Source: Candidatus Peribacteria bacterium
GTDB lineage: Bacteria > Patescibacteriota > Gracilibacteria > Peribacterales > Peribacteraceae
NCBI GenBank assembly: GCA_943350395.1
Contig: CALRAD010000001.1
Coordinates: 133,812 to 197,811, forward strand
Length of the DNA stretch: 64,000 nt
Direction: 5' to 3'
Part shown: positions 17,342 to 25,360 of the stretch, piece by piece
Layout: each line of letters starts with the position of its first letter
How positions within the stretch are numbered: the first letter of the stretch is position 1
Translations under genes and position numbers: made by a program
The notes under the pieces: model-generated
The model's database searches: none
Told to the model about the DNA's origin: nothing
What the model saw: the letters and a program-made list of their open reading frames with translations, nothing else

Positions 17342-18852
17342 GACCCAAGTGTCGGATCGCAGAGAGCTTGATACTCCGACTCGAACGTATCGCAAACGGG
17401 CTTTCGCTTCTCAGGCGTGTTCTGGATATCGAGCAGGCGCGAAGCAATCAGCGAATAACAATCGCGCTTATGTTCCGAAGGAAGCAACACACACACCTCA
17501 CTAGCCTGACCACTCAGTCCGCTTCCCCAGAAATCGACGATCACATTGATCGCTCCCGTCATGCACCCTTGATAGTGAATAGCCGGAACTTTATCGCAAT
17601 GCTCGATGATCTTCCTTGCATCACGAAGCGTGAAACCGGCAACATCGCGCCCGAGACTTCGAAAGCACACCGGTATCATGTCTTCACTTGCCTGCTGACA
17701 CTGTCGAATGACTGTCTCGAAGTCGTACTTTGCAAGCGTCAGCATCCAGCTCGTCTGCATCTGGTAACACTGCACTTGAACCGCTTCATCCTGATCAATC
17801 TTGTTGCAGGGAAATTGCGGATCGGTTTGGTTCACCCAATTCGTCTTGTGGTCTGGGACGGCACCGAGACCCTGCCCCTGAACGATGTTCTCCATAAAGA
17901 TTCCTCCGTAGCACGATGTTTGATCGTAGCCTGTCGAGAGCTCTCTGCAGAGCTTCAGTGCCGCAGGCAGATCGTAATTTTTGTACGCAAGTACACCGTG
18001 ACCGACGCCATGCAGACACGAGAATTTGCTGAAATCGGTATCGAAGAGACTGCACGCTTCGCTCACCGTTGCAGGCAAATCGGCAACTCCTCGGGCCTTC
18101 AGCAGTCCTTCCATCGCTCCGTGATAGTAGCCCGAGTGACACGCTGGACTGCCGCCTGAGAATGCATTCATGCCGAATTCTTCGTACGCGACGCGCCCGA
18201 TGATGTGCGCAGGCTGATGACAATCGAGCTCGGCACCATTTCCCGCGCTCACGAGGAGACGCTCCATCAGTTTTGTGGAACCAAAAATCTGCAACCAATA
18301 GACGAGAGCATCCGCATCGTTCGTGATCGAAAACAGGTCGAGTGACTCGAGACGGCTCTTGGCCTTCACCGGCAATGCAACATAGAAAAGCTTCATGAAT
18401 CGGAGCTTCATACCCCGAAGTATCACAAGAGGCAGAGACACAATCCGACTCTCCTCTTTCACCGACTGCGGAATGAAATCAGGATCTTTCGCAACATGGA
18501 CGATACCCGTGTATTCGGCATCGATGTGATCATGCAAGCCCCATTCGCCGGCTTTCTCAAATTGAAACGTCCACGATTCCCCGGGCGCAATGCCTCCAAG
18601 CGAGTCAAATTCGGGATAAATTCCGTGAGATGGATGGATATCGGATGCCGGCCAGTGAGGTCTCTTCCCCGTGTTTCTAAACATAACACTGTCGCCTTGC
18701 AGCAGACTAATCTCGGAGGGCGCAAAACCGTTATCGCCGATGTCGACGGTCACGATCTCAACCTCGTGCGCAGAAACCTGAAACACGACGCAGAAAACCA
18801 TTGATGCCGCTACGGCACCAATCGCAATGCCGGTACAAAGTTTTCTGATCAT
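17338..18852 (-). CDS. secreted/membrane-anchored protein with an N-terminal cupredoxin-like domain and a Cys/His-rich helical-repeat C-terminal domain
   Basis: N-terminal hydrophobic anchor. The domain FAPSEISLLQGDSVMFRNTGKRPHWPASDIHPSHGIYPEFDS..PGESWTFQFEKAGEWGLHDH is paralogous to the C-terminus of 43469-44650. The C-terminal half has about 8 helices that each begin with Cys (CHQPAH, CHSGYYHG, CLHGVGHG..). Confidence 0.6.
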   Translation of the reverse strand: MIRKLCTGIAIGAVAASMVFCVVFQVSAHEVEIVTVDIGDNGFAPSEISLLQGDSVMFRNTGKRPHWPASDIHPSHGIYPEFDSLGGIAPGESWTFQFEKAGEWGLHDHIDAEYTGIVHVAKDPDFIPQSVKEESRIVSLPLVILRGMKLRFMKLFYVALPVKAKSRLESLDLFSITNDADALVYWLQIFGSTKLMERLLVSAGNGAELDCHQPAHIIGRVAYEEFGMNAFSGGSPACHSGYYHGAMEGLLKARGVADLPATVSEACSLFDTDFSKFSCLHGVGHGVLAYKNYDLPAALKLCRELSTGYDQTSCYGGIFMENIVQGQGLGAVPDHKTNWVNQTDPQFPCNKIDQDEAVQVQCYQMQTSWMLTLAKYDFETVIRQCQQASEDMIPVCFRSLGRDVAGFTLRDARKIIEHCDKVPAIHYQGCMTGAINVIVDFWGSGLSGQASEVCVLLPSEHKRDCYSLIASRLLDIQNTPEKRKPVCDTFESEYQALCDPTLGS

Positions 18853-18923
18853 GCTTCTTCAATTCTAGATATCCCACCGCAATACTCAAGTTCCGCTATA
18901 CTCGGGTCATCTTCCCTCTCCAC

Positions 18924-19592
18924 ATGAAACTCTTCCTCGATACCGCAAATGTCGCACAGGTCGCAGAGATCGCCGCATGGGGCGTACTCGACGGCGTGAC
19001 GACCAATCCCTCGCTTGTCGCTAAGGAAGCCAAAGATGGCACAAAGAATCCGCTTGATGCATTTAAAAAAACCGTCCTCGAGATGTGCAAACTTGTTCCG
19101 TGCGTGAGCGCACAAGTGACGGCGACCGACACAGAAGGCATGAAGAAACAGGGACTCGAGTACGCGAGATGGCACAAGAACGTCGTCGTGAAAGTCCCGA
19201 TGACCGTTGAAGGATTGAAAGCAGTCAAATTTTTCGCGAGCAAGAAAATCAAAACGAACGTCACGCTCGTTTTTTCGGCTGCACAAGCGATGCTCGCCGC
19301 GAAAGCCGGTGCCACGATCATCAGTCCGTTCATCGGCAGACTCGATGATCAAGGTGAGGATGGAATGTCGCTGATTGCAGAGATCATGGAGATTTGGCAG
19401 CAGTATAATTTCAAAACCGAAGTTCTCGTCGCATCCACAAGGCATCCGAGACATATCGTCGACGCAGCGCGCATCGGTGCGCACATCTGCACGATCCCGT
19501 ACGACGTCTTCAGGAAATTGCCGGGCCACGCACTCACGGACAACGGACTCAGGAAATTCCAGAGCGATTGGGGAAAAGTGATCGGTCAATAA
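18924..19592 (+). CDS. tal: transaldolase (short, fructose-6-phosphate aldolase-like subfamily)
   Basis: MKLFLDTANV..GVTTNPSL, a VKVP motif, 222 aa. Confidence 0.9.
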   Translation: MKLFLDTANVAQVAEIAAWGVLDGVTTNPSLVAKEAKDGTKNPLDAFKKTVLEMCKLVPCVSAQVTATDTEGMKKQGLEYARWHKNVVVKVPMTVEGLKAVKFFASKKIKTNVTLVFSAAQAMLAAKAGATIISPFIGRLDDQGEDGMSLIAEIMEIWQQYNFKTEVLVASTRHPRHIVDAARIGAHICTIPYDVFRKLPGHALTDNGLRKFQSDWGKVIGQ

Positions 19593-19606
19593 TTTTCTCT
19601 GCTTCT

Positions 19607-21001
19607 ATGCATCTTGGCCTCATCGGTCTCGGCACAATGGGCGCAAATCTTGCACGCAATGCGGCGAGGAACGGTGCAACCGTTGCCGTCTACAATAGAA
19701 CAACAGAGAAGACGGATGCATTTATCACAAGCCACGCGTCGGAAGGCGATTTTGTCTCATGCAAAACGATTGCTGATTTGATCGCTGCTTTGCCTTCTCC
19801 ACGTTCAATCGTTCTGATGGTCAATGCAGGCGCACCGGTCGACGCAGTCATCCAAGAACTTCTGCCGCATCTCGAGGCAGATGATGTACTGATCGACGCA
19901 GGCAACAGCCACTTCACCGATACCGAAAGACGCATTGCGGAACTGAAACCAAAAGGCGTTCATCTGCTCGGCATGGGCGTTTCCGGAGGCGAGGAAGGAG
20001 CTCTCCTCGGTCCCAGCATGATGCCGGGCGGCAGCCGCACCGCATTCGATCGACTCGAGCCACTGCTTCGAAAAATGGCGGCAAAAGACGGCAGCAGTGG
20101 AAAGTGTGTGTCATTCATCGGTTCCGGAGGATCCGGGCACTTCGTAAAGATGATCCATAACGGTATCGAGTACGGCGACATGCAGCTGATCGCGGAAACC
20201 TATCACCTGATGAAATCGGTGATAAAACTCGACAATCCGGAGATCGCAGAGACATTTGCATTGTGGAACAAGAGCCGCGAGCTCAAATCATTCCTGATCG
20301 AGATCACAACCGCGATCTTCCAAAAGAAAGACGAAGTGAATTCTGCTGATCTCATCGACGCAATCAAAGACGAAGCAAAACAGAAGGGCACCGGAAAATG
20401 GACGACGCAGAGTGCACTGGATCTTGGGGTCGCCGTCCCGACGATGACTGCCGCCGTCGACGCACGCCTGATGTCTTCTTTGAAGCCGCTTCGCGTAGAA
20501 GCAGAACAGATGATTGGTGTGCTCGATCTCAAACAACCGACAATCGCGCTCGGTGCGCTCAAAAACGCATTGTTTCTGAGCAAAATCTGCTCGTACGCGC
20601 AGGGATTCGCACTCATTACCGAAGCCAGCCGTATCCATGATTGGAAGATCGACCTCGCGGAGACCTGCAGAATTTGGAAGGGCGGTTGCATCATCAGATC
20701 CGCACTCTTAAAGACGTTCGAAGAAGCATTCCGCACGCAACCCGATCTCAAAAATCTTCTGCTCTCGCCCGCCATTGTCGAACTCTTCAAAGCACGCCAC
20801 ACGAAATGGCGAAAAGTCGTTGCTGCTGCAGCGCTGTCAGGGATTCCGGTTCCTGCGATGTCGGCATCCCTCGCCTATTTCGATAGCTTACGAACTGCGC
20901 GTCTCCCGCAAAACCTCACGCAGGCTCAGCGCGATTTCTTCGGAGCCCACACATTCGAGCGACTGGACACGAACGGTGTCTTTCATACGAACTGGAACTA
21001 A
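19607..21001 (+). CDS. gnd: 6-phosphogluconate dehydrogenase (decarboxylating)
   Basis: LGLIGLGTMGANLARN, GSGHFVKMIHNGIEYGDMQLIAE, AQRDFFGAHTFER. The start was set at ATG 19607. Confidence 0.93.
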   Translation: MHLGLIGLGTMGANLARNAARNGATVAVYNRTTEKTDAFITSHASEGDFVSCKTIADLIAALPSPRSIVLMVNAGAPVDAVIQELLPHLEADDVLIDAGNSHFTDTERRIAELKPKGVHLLGMGVSGGEEGALLGPSMMPGGSRTAFDRLEPLLRKMAAKDGSSGKCVSFIGSGGSGHFVKMIHNGIEYGDMQLIAETYHLMKSVIKLDNPEIAETFALWNKSRELKSFLIEITTAIFQKKDEVNSADLIDAIKDEAKQKGTGKWTTQSALDLGVAVPTMTAAVDARLMSSLKPLRVEAEQMIGVLDLKQPTIALGALKNALFLSKICSYAQGFALITEASRIHDWKIDLAETCRIWKGGCIIRSALLKTFEEAFRTQPDLKNLLLSPAIVELFKARHTKWRKVVAAAALSGIPVPAMSASLAYFDSLRTARLPQNLTQAQRDFFGAHTFERLDTNGVFHTNWN

Positions 21002-21390
21002 GCATCCTCCGACTGCGTCTCATCCTGTTTGATCTGCTGATCGACTTTCTGTTGGATATTTCCCTGGTCCACCATCTGATCAGTAGTCACTTTCGTTTCG
21101 GCAGTCATCTTTGATGCGGCAATTTCCTGTTCTCGGGTCTTGGTTCCAAAAGACTGTGACATGTTTTTGCTCTCCTGATCTTTCTTCGCCTGATCATCCT
21201 TCTTCCCCGAAACCTGGGCTTTCAATACGGAAAGCTTCAGATTCTTCAAATCAGTACCCTGTTTACTTGCGTCACTCTTCATCCCCTCCTTCTGGAGCTT
21301 TTTCTTGAGTGCCTCACGCTGCGCCTTGAGGGGAGACTCGAGGAATTCCCTGGAAGACGTGCCAAACTCAGAATCGTCGTCGGAGGACAT
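20998..21390 (-). CDS. hypothetical K/Q/D/E-rich low-complexity protein
   Basis: 130 aa, predicted disordered. The 3' end overlaps the gnd stop by 4 nt. No family recognised. Confidence 0.45.
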   Translation of the reverse strand: MSSDDDSEFGTSSREFLESPLKAQREALKKKLQKEGMKSDASKQGTDLKNLKLSVLKAQVSGKKDDQAKKDQESKNMSQSFGTKTREQEIAASKMTAETKVTTDQMVDQGNIQQKVDQQIKQDETQSEDA

Positions 21391-21417
21391 GCAATGACTA
21401 TAGCAGAATTTCTATTG

Positions 21418-21435
21418 CAATTGTAGCTACAATTG
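21418..21435. promoter_or_regulatory. perfect 18-nt palindrome, candidate operator of the TA operon
   Basis: CAATTGTAGCTACAATTG lies 15 nt upstream of the antitoxin ATG and is followed by the GTGTACAC palindrome. Confidence 0.4.
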
Positions 21436-21449
21436 TGTACACTATAGAT

Positions 21450-21698
21450 ATGCCTGTCACCCGCAGCATCAGCGTACGAAACTTCCGTGAAAATCTGAGC
21501 AAATTCCTGACGGAATCACAGGAGAAAGGCGTGCATTTCGTCATCATGAAACACTCTGTTCCCGTCGCACACGTGACGCCTGCCTGCAAAAGCGATTCGT
21601 ATGAGGATCTCACAAAAGATATTGCAAGAGCGCGCAAGGAAGTGAAGCAGGGCAAAATATTTTCGAGCGATGAAGTGCGGCACATTCTCGGACTATGA
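21450..21698 (+). CDS. Phd/YefM-like type II antitoxin
   Basis: SISVRNFRENLSKFL...VHFVIMKHSVPVAHVTP. ATGA overlap with the toxin start. Confidence 0.75.
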   Translation: MPVTRSISVRNFRENLSKFLTESQEKGVHFVIMKHSVPVAHVTPACKSDSYEDLTKDIARARKEVKQGKIFSSDEVRHILGL

Positions 21699-21955
21699 CA
21701 CTCGCCTATTCGTTCACTGCTCTGCGTGATCTTTCACGACTGCCAAAAAGCATTGCAAGGAGGATCACCAACAAGATGGAATGGTTCGCTATGCAAAAAG
21801 AACCGCTGTCTTTTGCAAAACCTATGAAAGGCAAAGAATTCGGTGAGTATCGATTTCGAATCGGAGACTATAGAGTCTTTGTGGATGTAAATCGTGAGAC
21901 CGTGCAAATACTATTTGTGCTCTCCGTACGACATCGAAAGGAGGCGTATCGATGA
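21695..21955 (+). CDS. RelE/ParE-family type II toxin
   Basis: LSRLPKSIARRI..., then GEYRFRIGDYRVFVDVNRETVQILFVLSVRHRKEAYR. Confidence 0.85.
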   Translation: MTLAYSFTALRDLSRLPKSIARRITNKMEWFAMQKEPLSFAKPMKGKEFGEYRFRIGDYRVFVDVNRETVQILFVLSVRHRKEAYR

Positions 21956-21959
21956 TCCC

Positions 21960-21997
21960 TGATGTATGCTGAACCTGCACATGCGCCCGTAGCTCAT
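21960..21997 (+). repeat. 38-nt direct repeat duplicating the leader and first 15 nt of tRNA-Arg(UCG)
   Basis: TGATGTATGCTGAACCTGCACATGCGCCCGTAGCTCAT matches 22048-22085 with 1 mismatch. Confidence 0.85.
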
Positions 21998-22070
21998 GTG
22001 GGCTGAGTAGCGCGATAGCGATACGAACAAAGAAAAAGGGTGTTCTTTGATGTATGCTGAACTTGCACAT

Positions 22071-22147
22071 GCGCCCGTAGCTCATTTGGATAGAGTACTT
22101 GGCTTCGAACCAAGGGGTAGCAGGTTCAAATCCTGCCGGGCGCACCA
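22071..22147 (+). tRNA. tRNA-Arg (anticodon UCG), CCA encoded
   Basis: Acceptor GCGCCCG/CGGGCGC, anticodon arm CTTGG-CTTCGAA-CCAAG, T arm GCAGG-TTCAAAT-CCTGC. Confidence 0.9.
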
Positions 22148-22223
22148 TTCTTCTCTCCGTACCACAAAAAATGCACAGAGAAAGGGACAAGCCGCAGTGG
22201 CCTGTCCCGTTTCCCCTCCGTTT

Positions 22224-22673
22224 TTACTCCTGTTCGGACTTTGGTGGCGTGTAGGTCATGCGGGCATAGAAATCCCGCATTTCTCTGAGCGTTCCCTGGA
22301 AATATCCAAGAGAATCGTTCGGGGCGTTATCCCTGTGATCCGTCCTCCAAACGATGTACGCGTTGTTCGGCAAGGCGATGTAGCGGATTGCGAAGAAAAG
22401 ATGCATCTTCGCGGCGTCATCGGCATCCGGTTCGGCAGAAGGAGTCTGTTCAACGTCATCGATTCCCAGCCAACATCCGTCGTTCTGGGAATTCCAGGCA
22501 ACGACGAAAGCCGCCTGAGTGACGTGCTCGAAATAAGCTTCAAGAACCTGCGATCCACCTGGCTTCTCGAGAAGCAGAATCACTTTGCAACCAAGCGGTT
22601 GCTGAGCGACCCGCATCTCGTGGGGCGTAAATTCGCTTCGCCCCGGGTGTCTCCAATGCAACGTTCGCATCAT
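22224..22673 (-). CDS. hypothetical protein (149 aa)
   Basis: The ORF has a GGA-containing SD-like sequence upstream. No family recognised. Confidence 0.5.
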   Translation of the reverse strand: MMRTLHWRHPGRSEFTPHEMRVAQQPLGCKVILLLEKPGGSQVLEAYFEHVTQAAFVVAWNSQNDGCWLGIDDVEQTPSAEPDADDAAKMHLFFAIRYIALPNNAYIVWRTDHRDNAPNDSLGYFQGTLREMRDFYARMTYTPPKSEQE

Positions 22674-22691
22674 TCGTTCCTTTCAGAAGTG

Positions 22692-22783
22692 TGTAGGGAG
22701 GGGAACTGACCCCTCGATGGTAGAAACCTTTGCAGCACTGTGCTGCACGCTTTCTGGCCAAAAGGGTCAGATGTCTCCCTACA
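22692..22783 (-). ncRNA. candidate structured 5' leader of gene 22224-22673
   Basis: Long-range stem TGTAGGGAG..CTGACCC (22692-22712) pairs with GGGTCAG..CTCCCTACA (22764-22783). It encloses an inner GCAGC/GCTGC hairpin. The element lies between a minus-strand promoter-like TTGTAT-17-TAGAAT and the SD. Confidence 0.3.
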
Positions 22784-22826
22784 AAAAATGATGTAAAGGA
22801 TCAGGAAAGTTGCGTATTCTAAAGCA

Positions 22827-22856
22827 TTGACAAAATAGATACAATACATTTAAATA
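22827..22856 (+). promoter_or_regulatory. sigma70-like promoter candidate for gene 22862-23914
   Basis: TTGACA (22827-22832), a 17-18 nt spacer, then TTAAAT/TAAATA. The ATG lies only about 6-10 nt downstream, so the transcript may be leaderless. Confidence 0.3.
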
Positions 22857-22861
22857 TTCTT

Positions 22862-23914
22862 ATGTGTCCCAATACGCCCCGGTCGCAAGACAGAGGACCA
22901 CTGCGCCATGCGTGGAAGCGATGGGAAGATCTCCAAAGAGAAGTGACTGCTTTTCTTGCTTGCGGTGACGTGCAGCGTGCTCTCAAAGAAGATGCATTTC
23001 GAACAGTCGATTTCCAAAGGCCGTGGGAAATGGCTCCTGAGGGAGTCAATGTGCAACTCATCAGTAAAATGTATGACGAAGAGAAAATAACAGACCTAGC
23101 AACGCTCGCTGCGGCATTGCGAGCAATGGCAAACCAAACGCAGAAATATCTTGCAAGAAACGGAGCTCCAAGTGGCATGCGTGAGACAGCAGTGATGCAG
23201 GAATGGATGAACTTACTTCTCGATGGAGATACGCCGCGTGGGCACTACAAGGTCCTGGAGCATTTCATCCCGAATGCCGTACGTACGATTGAAGACTTCC
23301 GTGTTCATGCAATCGTTGCCATCGAAATACTACTCAAGATTACCAAAGGCGAACTTGATCCCGATCGTCTAGATCCGATCGTCACAAAGACACATGGTCT
23401 CTATATCGTTGGAACGGATCTCCAAACCAAGCGACAGGCAACTATCCAAAGAGCAAGCTTGATAGGGACAGAGGAACAATTGAAGCAGGGATATCGATAC
23501 GGACTTCGTGAAGGTCCTGGAATAACCGAAGCAGATATACAAGATAAAGTACGTCGTAGAATACAAGGAGCATTTTTCCGAGCCCTCCAAATGCGGGAAC
23601 TTGGCACGCAAACAATGGAAGGACTACGAAAGAGCAACCAATGGAGGTGGCCGAATGGAAATATCAAAACCGTCCTCCTTTCCGAGGTGTGCACAGAACC
23701 CGAAATTCTTAAAGGCACAACACCGACATTCTTCCGTGGACAGTGGAGAATAGGAACTGCAGTACCACGAGAGGAATCCATCGATCTCAAGGCAGGATCC
23801 ATCAGAAAACAAATGGAACCTGCGCTCAAACACATCGTTTCAACCATTGTGCACCAAGACCATTCTCCCTCTTTAGCTGACATACTTCATAAACGAGGAA
23901 GAGAGTATTCATGA
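22862..23914 (+). CDS. hypothetical protein (350 aa)
   Basis: A long ORF with ordinary composition. No motif recognised. Confidence 0.55.
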   Translation: MCPNTPRSQDRGPLRHAWKRWEDLQREVTAFLACGDVQRALKEDAFRTVDFQRPWEMAPEGVNVQLISKMYDEEKITDLATLAAALRAMANQTQKYLARNGAPSGMRETAVMQEWMNLLLDGDTPRGHYKVLEHFIPNAVRTIEDFRVHAIVAIEILLKITKGELDPDRLDPIVTKTHGLYIVGTDLQTKRQATIQRASLIGTEEQLKQGYRYGLREGPGITEADIQDKVRRRIQGAFFRALQMRELGTQTMEGLRKSNQWRWPNGNIKTVLLSEVCTEPEILKGTTPTFFRGQWRIGTAVPREESIDLKAGSIRKQMEPALKHIVSTIVHQDHSPSLADILHKRGREYS

Positions 23915-24577
23915 TCCCTTCTTCTCCGACCTCTTCGTCATCGCCTTCATCAATCCGAAGGCACGTTCGATGTCTTTGTCATCGACAATAAATGTTACTT
24001 CGGTGAAGTACGAAATGATCTGGTACACGTTGATCCTGTTCCAGGCGAGCGTCTTCACGAACGGATAGTACACACCGGGAATCGTCACGGTACCGAGAGG
24101 CAAGCGAATGCTGATCGCCGATAAATTGTCGAACTTCGCGATCCTCTTCTCTCCCTTGGTCATCGTTAGCAATGCCGGCAGAAGCACCGTGCTGATGTCA
24201 AACGTCGTTTCGCCGACACCCTGTCCGTACGAAAGAAAAGGGGTATCGAATTTCTCTGCAATCGCAAGCAGCTTCTGGTGCACCTTATTGAGGTTCGGTG
24301 TCGACTGAAACGCAATTTCCGTGATCTCGGAACGAACGGTGATATTGCGAATCTGATGGACGGATTCTCGAGGCATCTTCGATGAAAGTTCTTTCGCATG
24401 CCGACGAAGCGCCATGACGACGGCACCCTCGGTCACGTCCTCCAGGAGAATCTCCTCAATGCCGGGCTTGAGTTTCCGCGCAAGCGCGCTGAAGTTCACG
24501 ATCTCCTCACTCATCGCCTCTCCGTAGCTTGGATGAGCGGAAATCAAAAGTTCAATGGCGTTGGTGATCGTAATCAT
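23909..24577 (-). CDS. hypothetical protein, possibly an ACT-domain regulator of the archaeal COG2150-like type
   Basis: The N-terminus (..NFSALARKLKPGIEEILLEDVTEGAVVMALRRH) recalls predicted amino-acid-metabolism regulators. This is a weak call from memory only. Confidence 0.35.
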   Translation of the reverse strand: MITITNAIELLISAHPSYGEAMSEEIVNFSALARKLKPGIEEILLEDVTEGAVVMALRRHAKELSSKMPRESVHQIRNITVRSEITEIAFQSTPNLNKVHQKLLAIAEKFDTPFLSYGQGVGETTFDISTVLLPALLTMTKGEKRIAKFDNLSAISIRLPLGTVTIPGVYYPFVKTLAWNRINVYQIISYFTEVTFIVDDKDIERAFGLMKAMTKRSEKKGS

Positions 24578-24599
24578 ACGATGTTCATTTTACAGTATT

Positions 24600-24615
24600 T
24601 TTGTTTTAAAACAAA
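24600..24615. promoter_or_regulatory. 16-nt perfect AT palindrome in a divergent promoter region
   Basis: TTTGTTTTAAAACAAA lies between the divergent genes 23909-24577 and 24666-25313. Confidence 0.3.
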
Positions 24616-24665
24616 CAAAATGTTCAAAAAAATACTTTTCTATCGATAAATTTTACGCCTACTCC

Positions 24666-25313
24666 ATGAGCGCTTACGGTGTGCGCGTACTGCAGTACCT
24701 GAAGTGTTCAGGTCGTCTCGTTCCTTTCCATCATCGGAGAACTATCATGTGCGGCGGACTCTGTTTCTCTCCTGCTCCCACTCGTTTACCACTCGCGCAC
24801 TGTGCGCGAACGGTCACAGACCACGTGTCTGTGTTCCCACACTCTATTGCAGAGGAGACTATTCGATGCTGTTTCCCCGACGTCTTCAGTACCATGGTCG
24901 TCTTCATGTTTCTGAGCCCGTACGGCTACACCGGCGTTGTCGACAACGACTACGTTCCCTGTGCACGTCGCTGGTACGGACTGAGTTACGGTTGCATCAA
25001 TCGGGATGCGCTTCCTCTCTGGAGGAAGTGTGCCCGGATGATCCGACAGACGTTCTGGAGTCAATTATGGAAATGGATTCGGTCATTTGGCAAAGCGCCG
25101 TGGCCGGACCCAAGCGAACTCCCGATCGTGCTGCTTGCCTTTATCGATCCGTTTCCCGAACGACTCTTCGACCGGGCGATTCAACGCTTGATCGATCGAA
25201 AGTTCCTCACGATGAAGAAAGCCTACGTGAAGAGCCTCGATGAATCCGTCATGATGTACTATCCGACGAAAGCTCTGGGAGAGTGTCTCCTCGGGCATTC
25301 TCCAAAGACTTGA
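24666..25313 (+). CDS. hypothetical Cys-rich protein (215 aa)
   Basis: The start was set at MSAYGV because the upstream part of the listed ORF is AT-rich promoter sequence. An intrinsic terminator follows. Confidence 0.45.
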   Translation: MSAYGVRVLQYLKCSGRLVPFHHRRTIMCGGLCFSPAPTRLPLAHCARTVTDHVSVFPHSIAEETIRCCFPDVFSTMVVFMFLSPYGYTGVVDNDYVPCARRWYGLSYGCINRDALPLWRKCARMIRQTFWSQLWKWIRSFGKAPWPDPSELPIVLLAFIDPFPERLFDRAIQRLIDRKFLTMKKAYVKSLDESVMMYYPTKALGECLLGHSPKT

Positions 25314-25321
25314 ACCCTTTC

Positions 25322-25360
25322 CCCTCTGAACAACGCTAGCAGCGTTCAGAGGGATTTTTT
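25322..25360 (+). terminator. rho-independent terminator
   Basis: CCCTCTGAAC..GTTCAGAGGG stem followed by ATTTTTT. Confidence 0.7.

Noticed and set aside
20998-25313. Looked for an integrase or recombinase, or a 3'-tRNA direct repeat, that would define a classical tRNA-linked island
   Set aside because: No integrase-like ORF and no duplicate of the tRNA 3' end were found by eye. Only the 5' duplication reported above was seen, so island status remains an inference.
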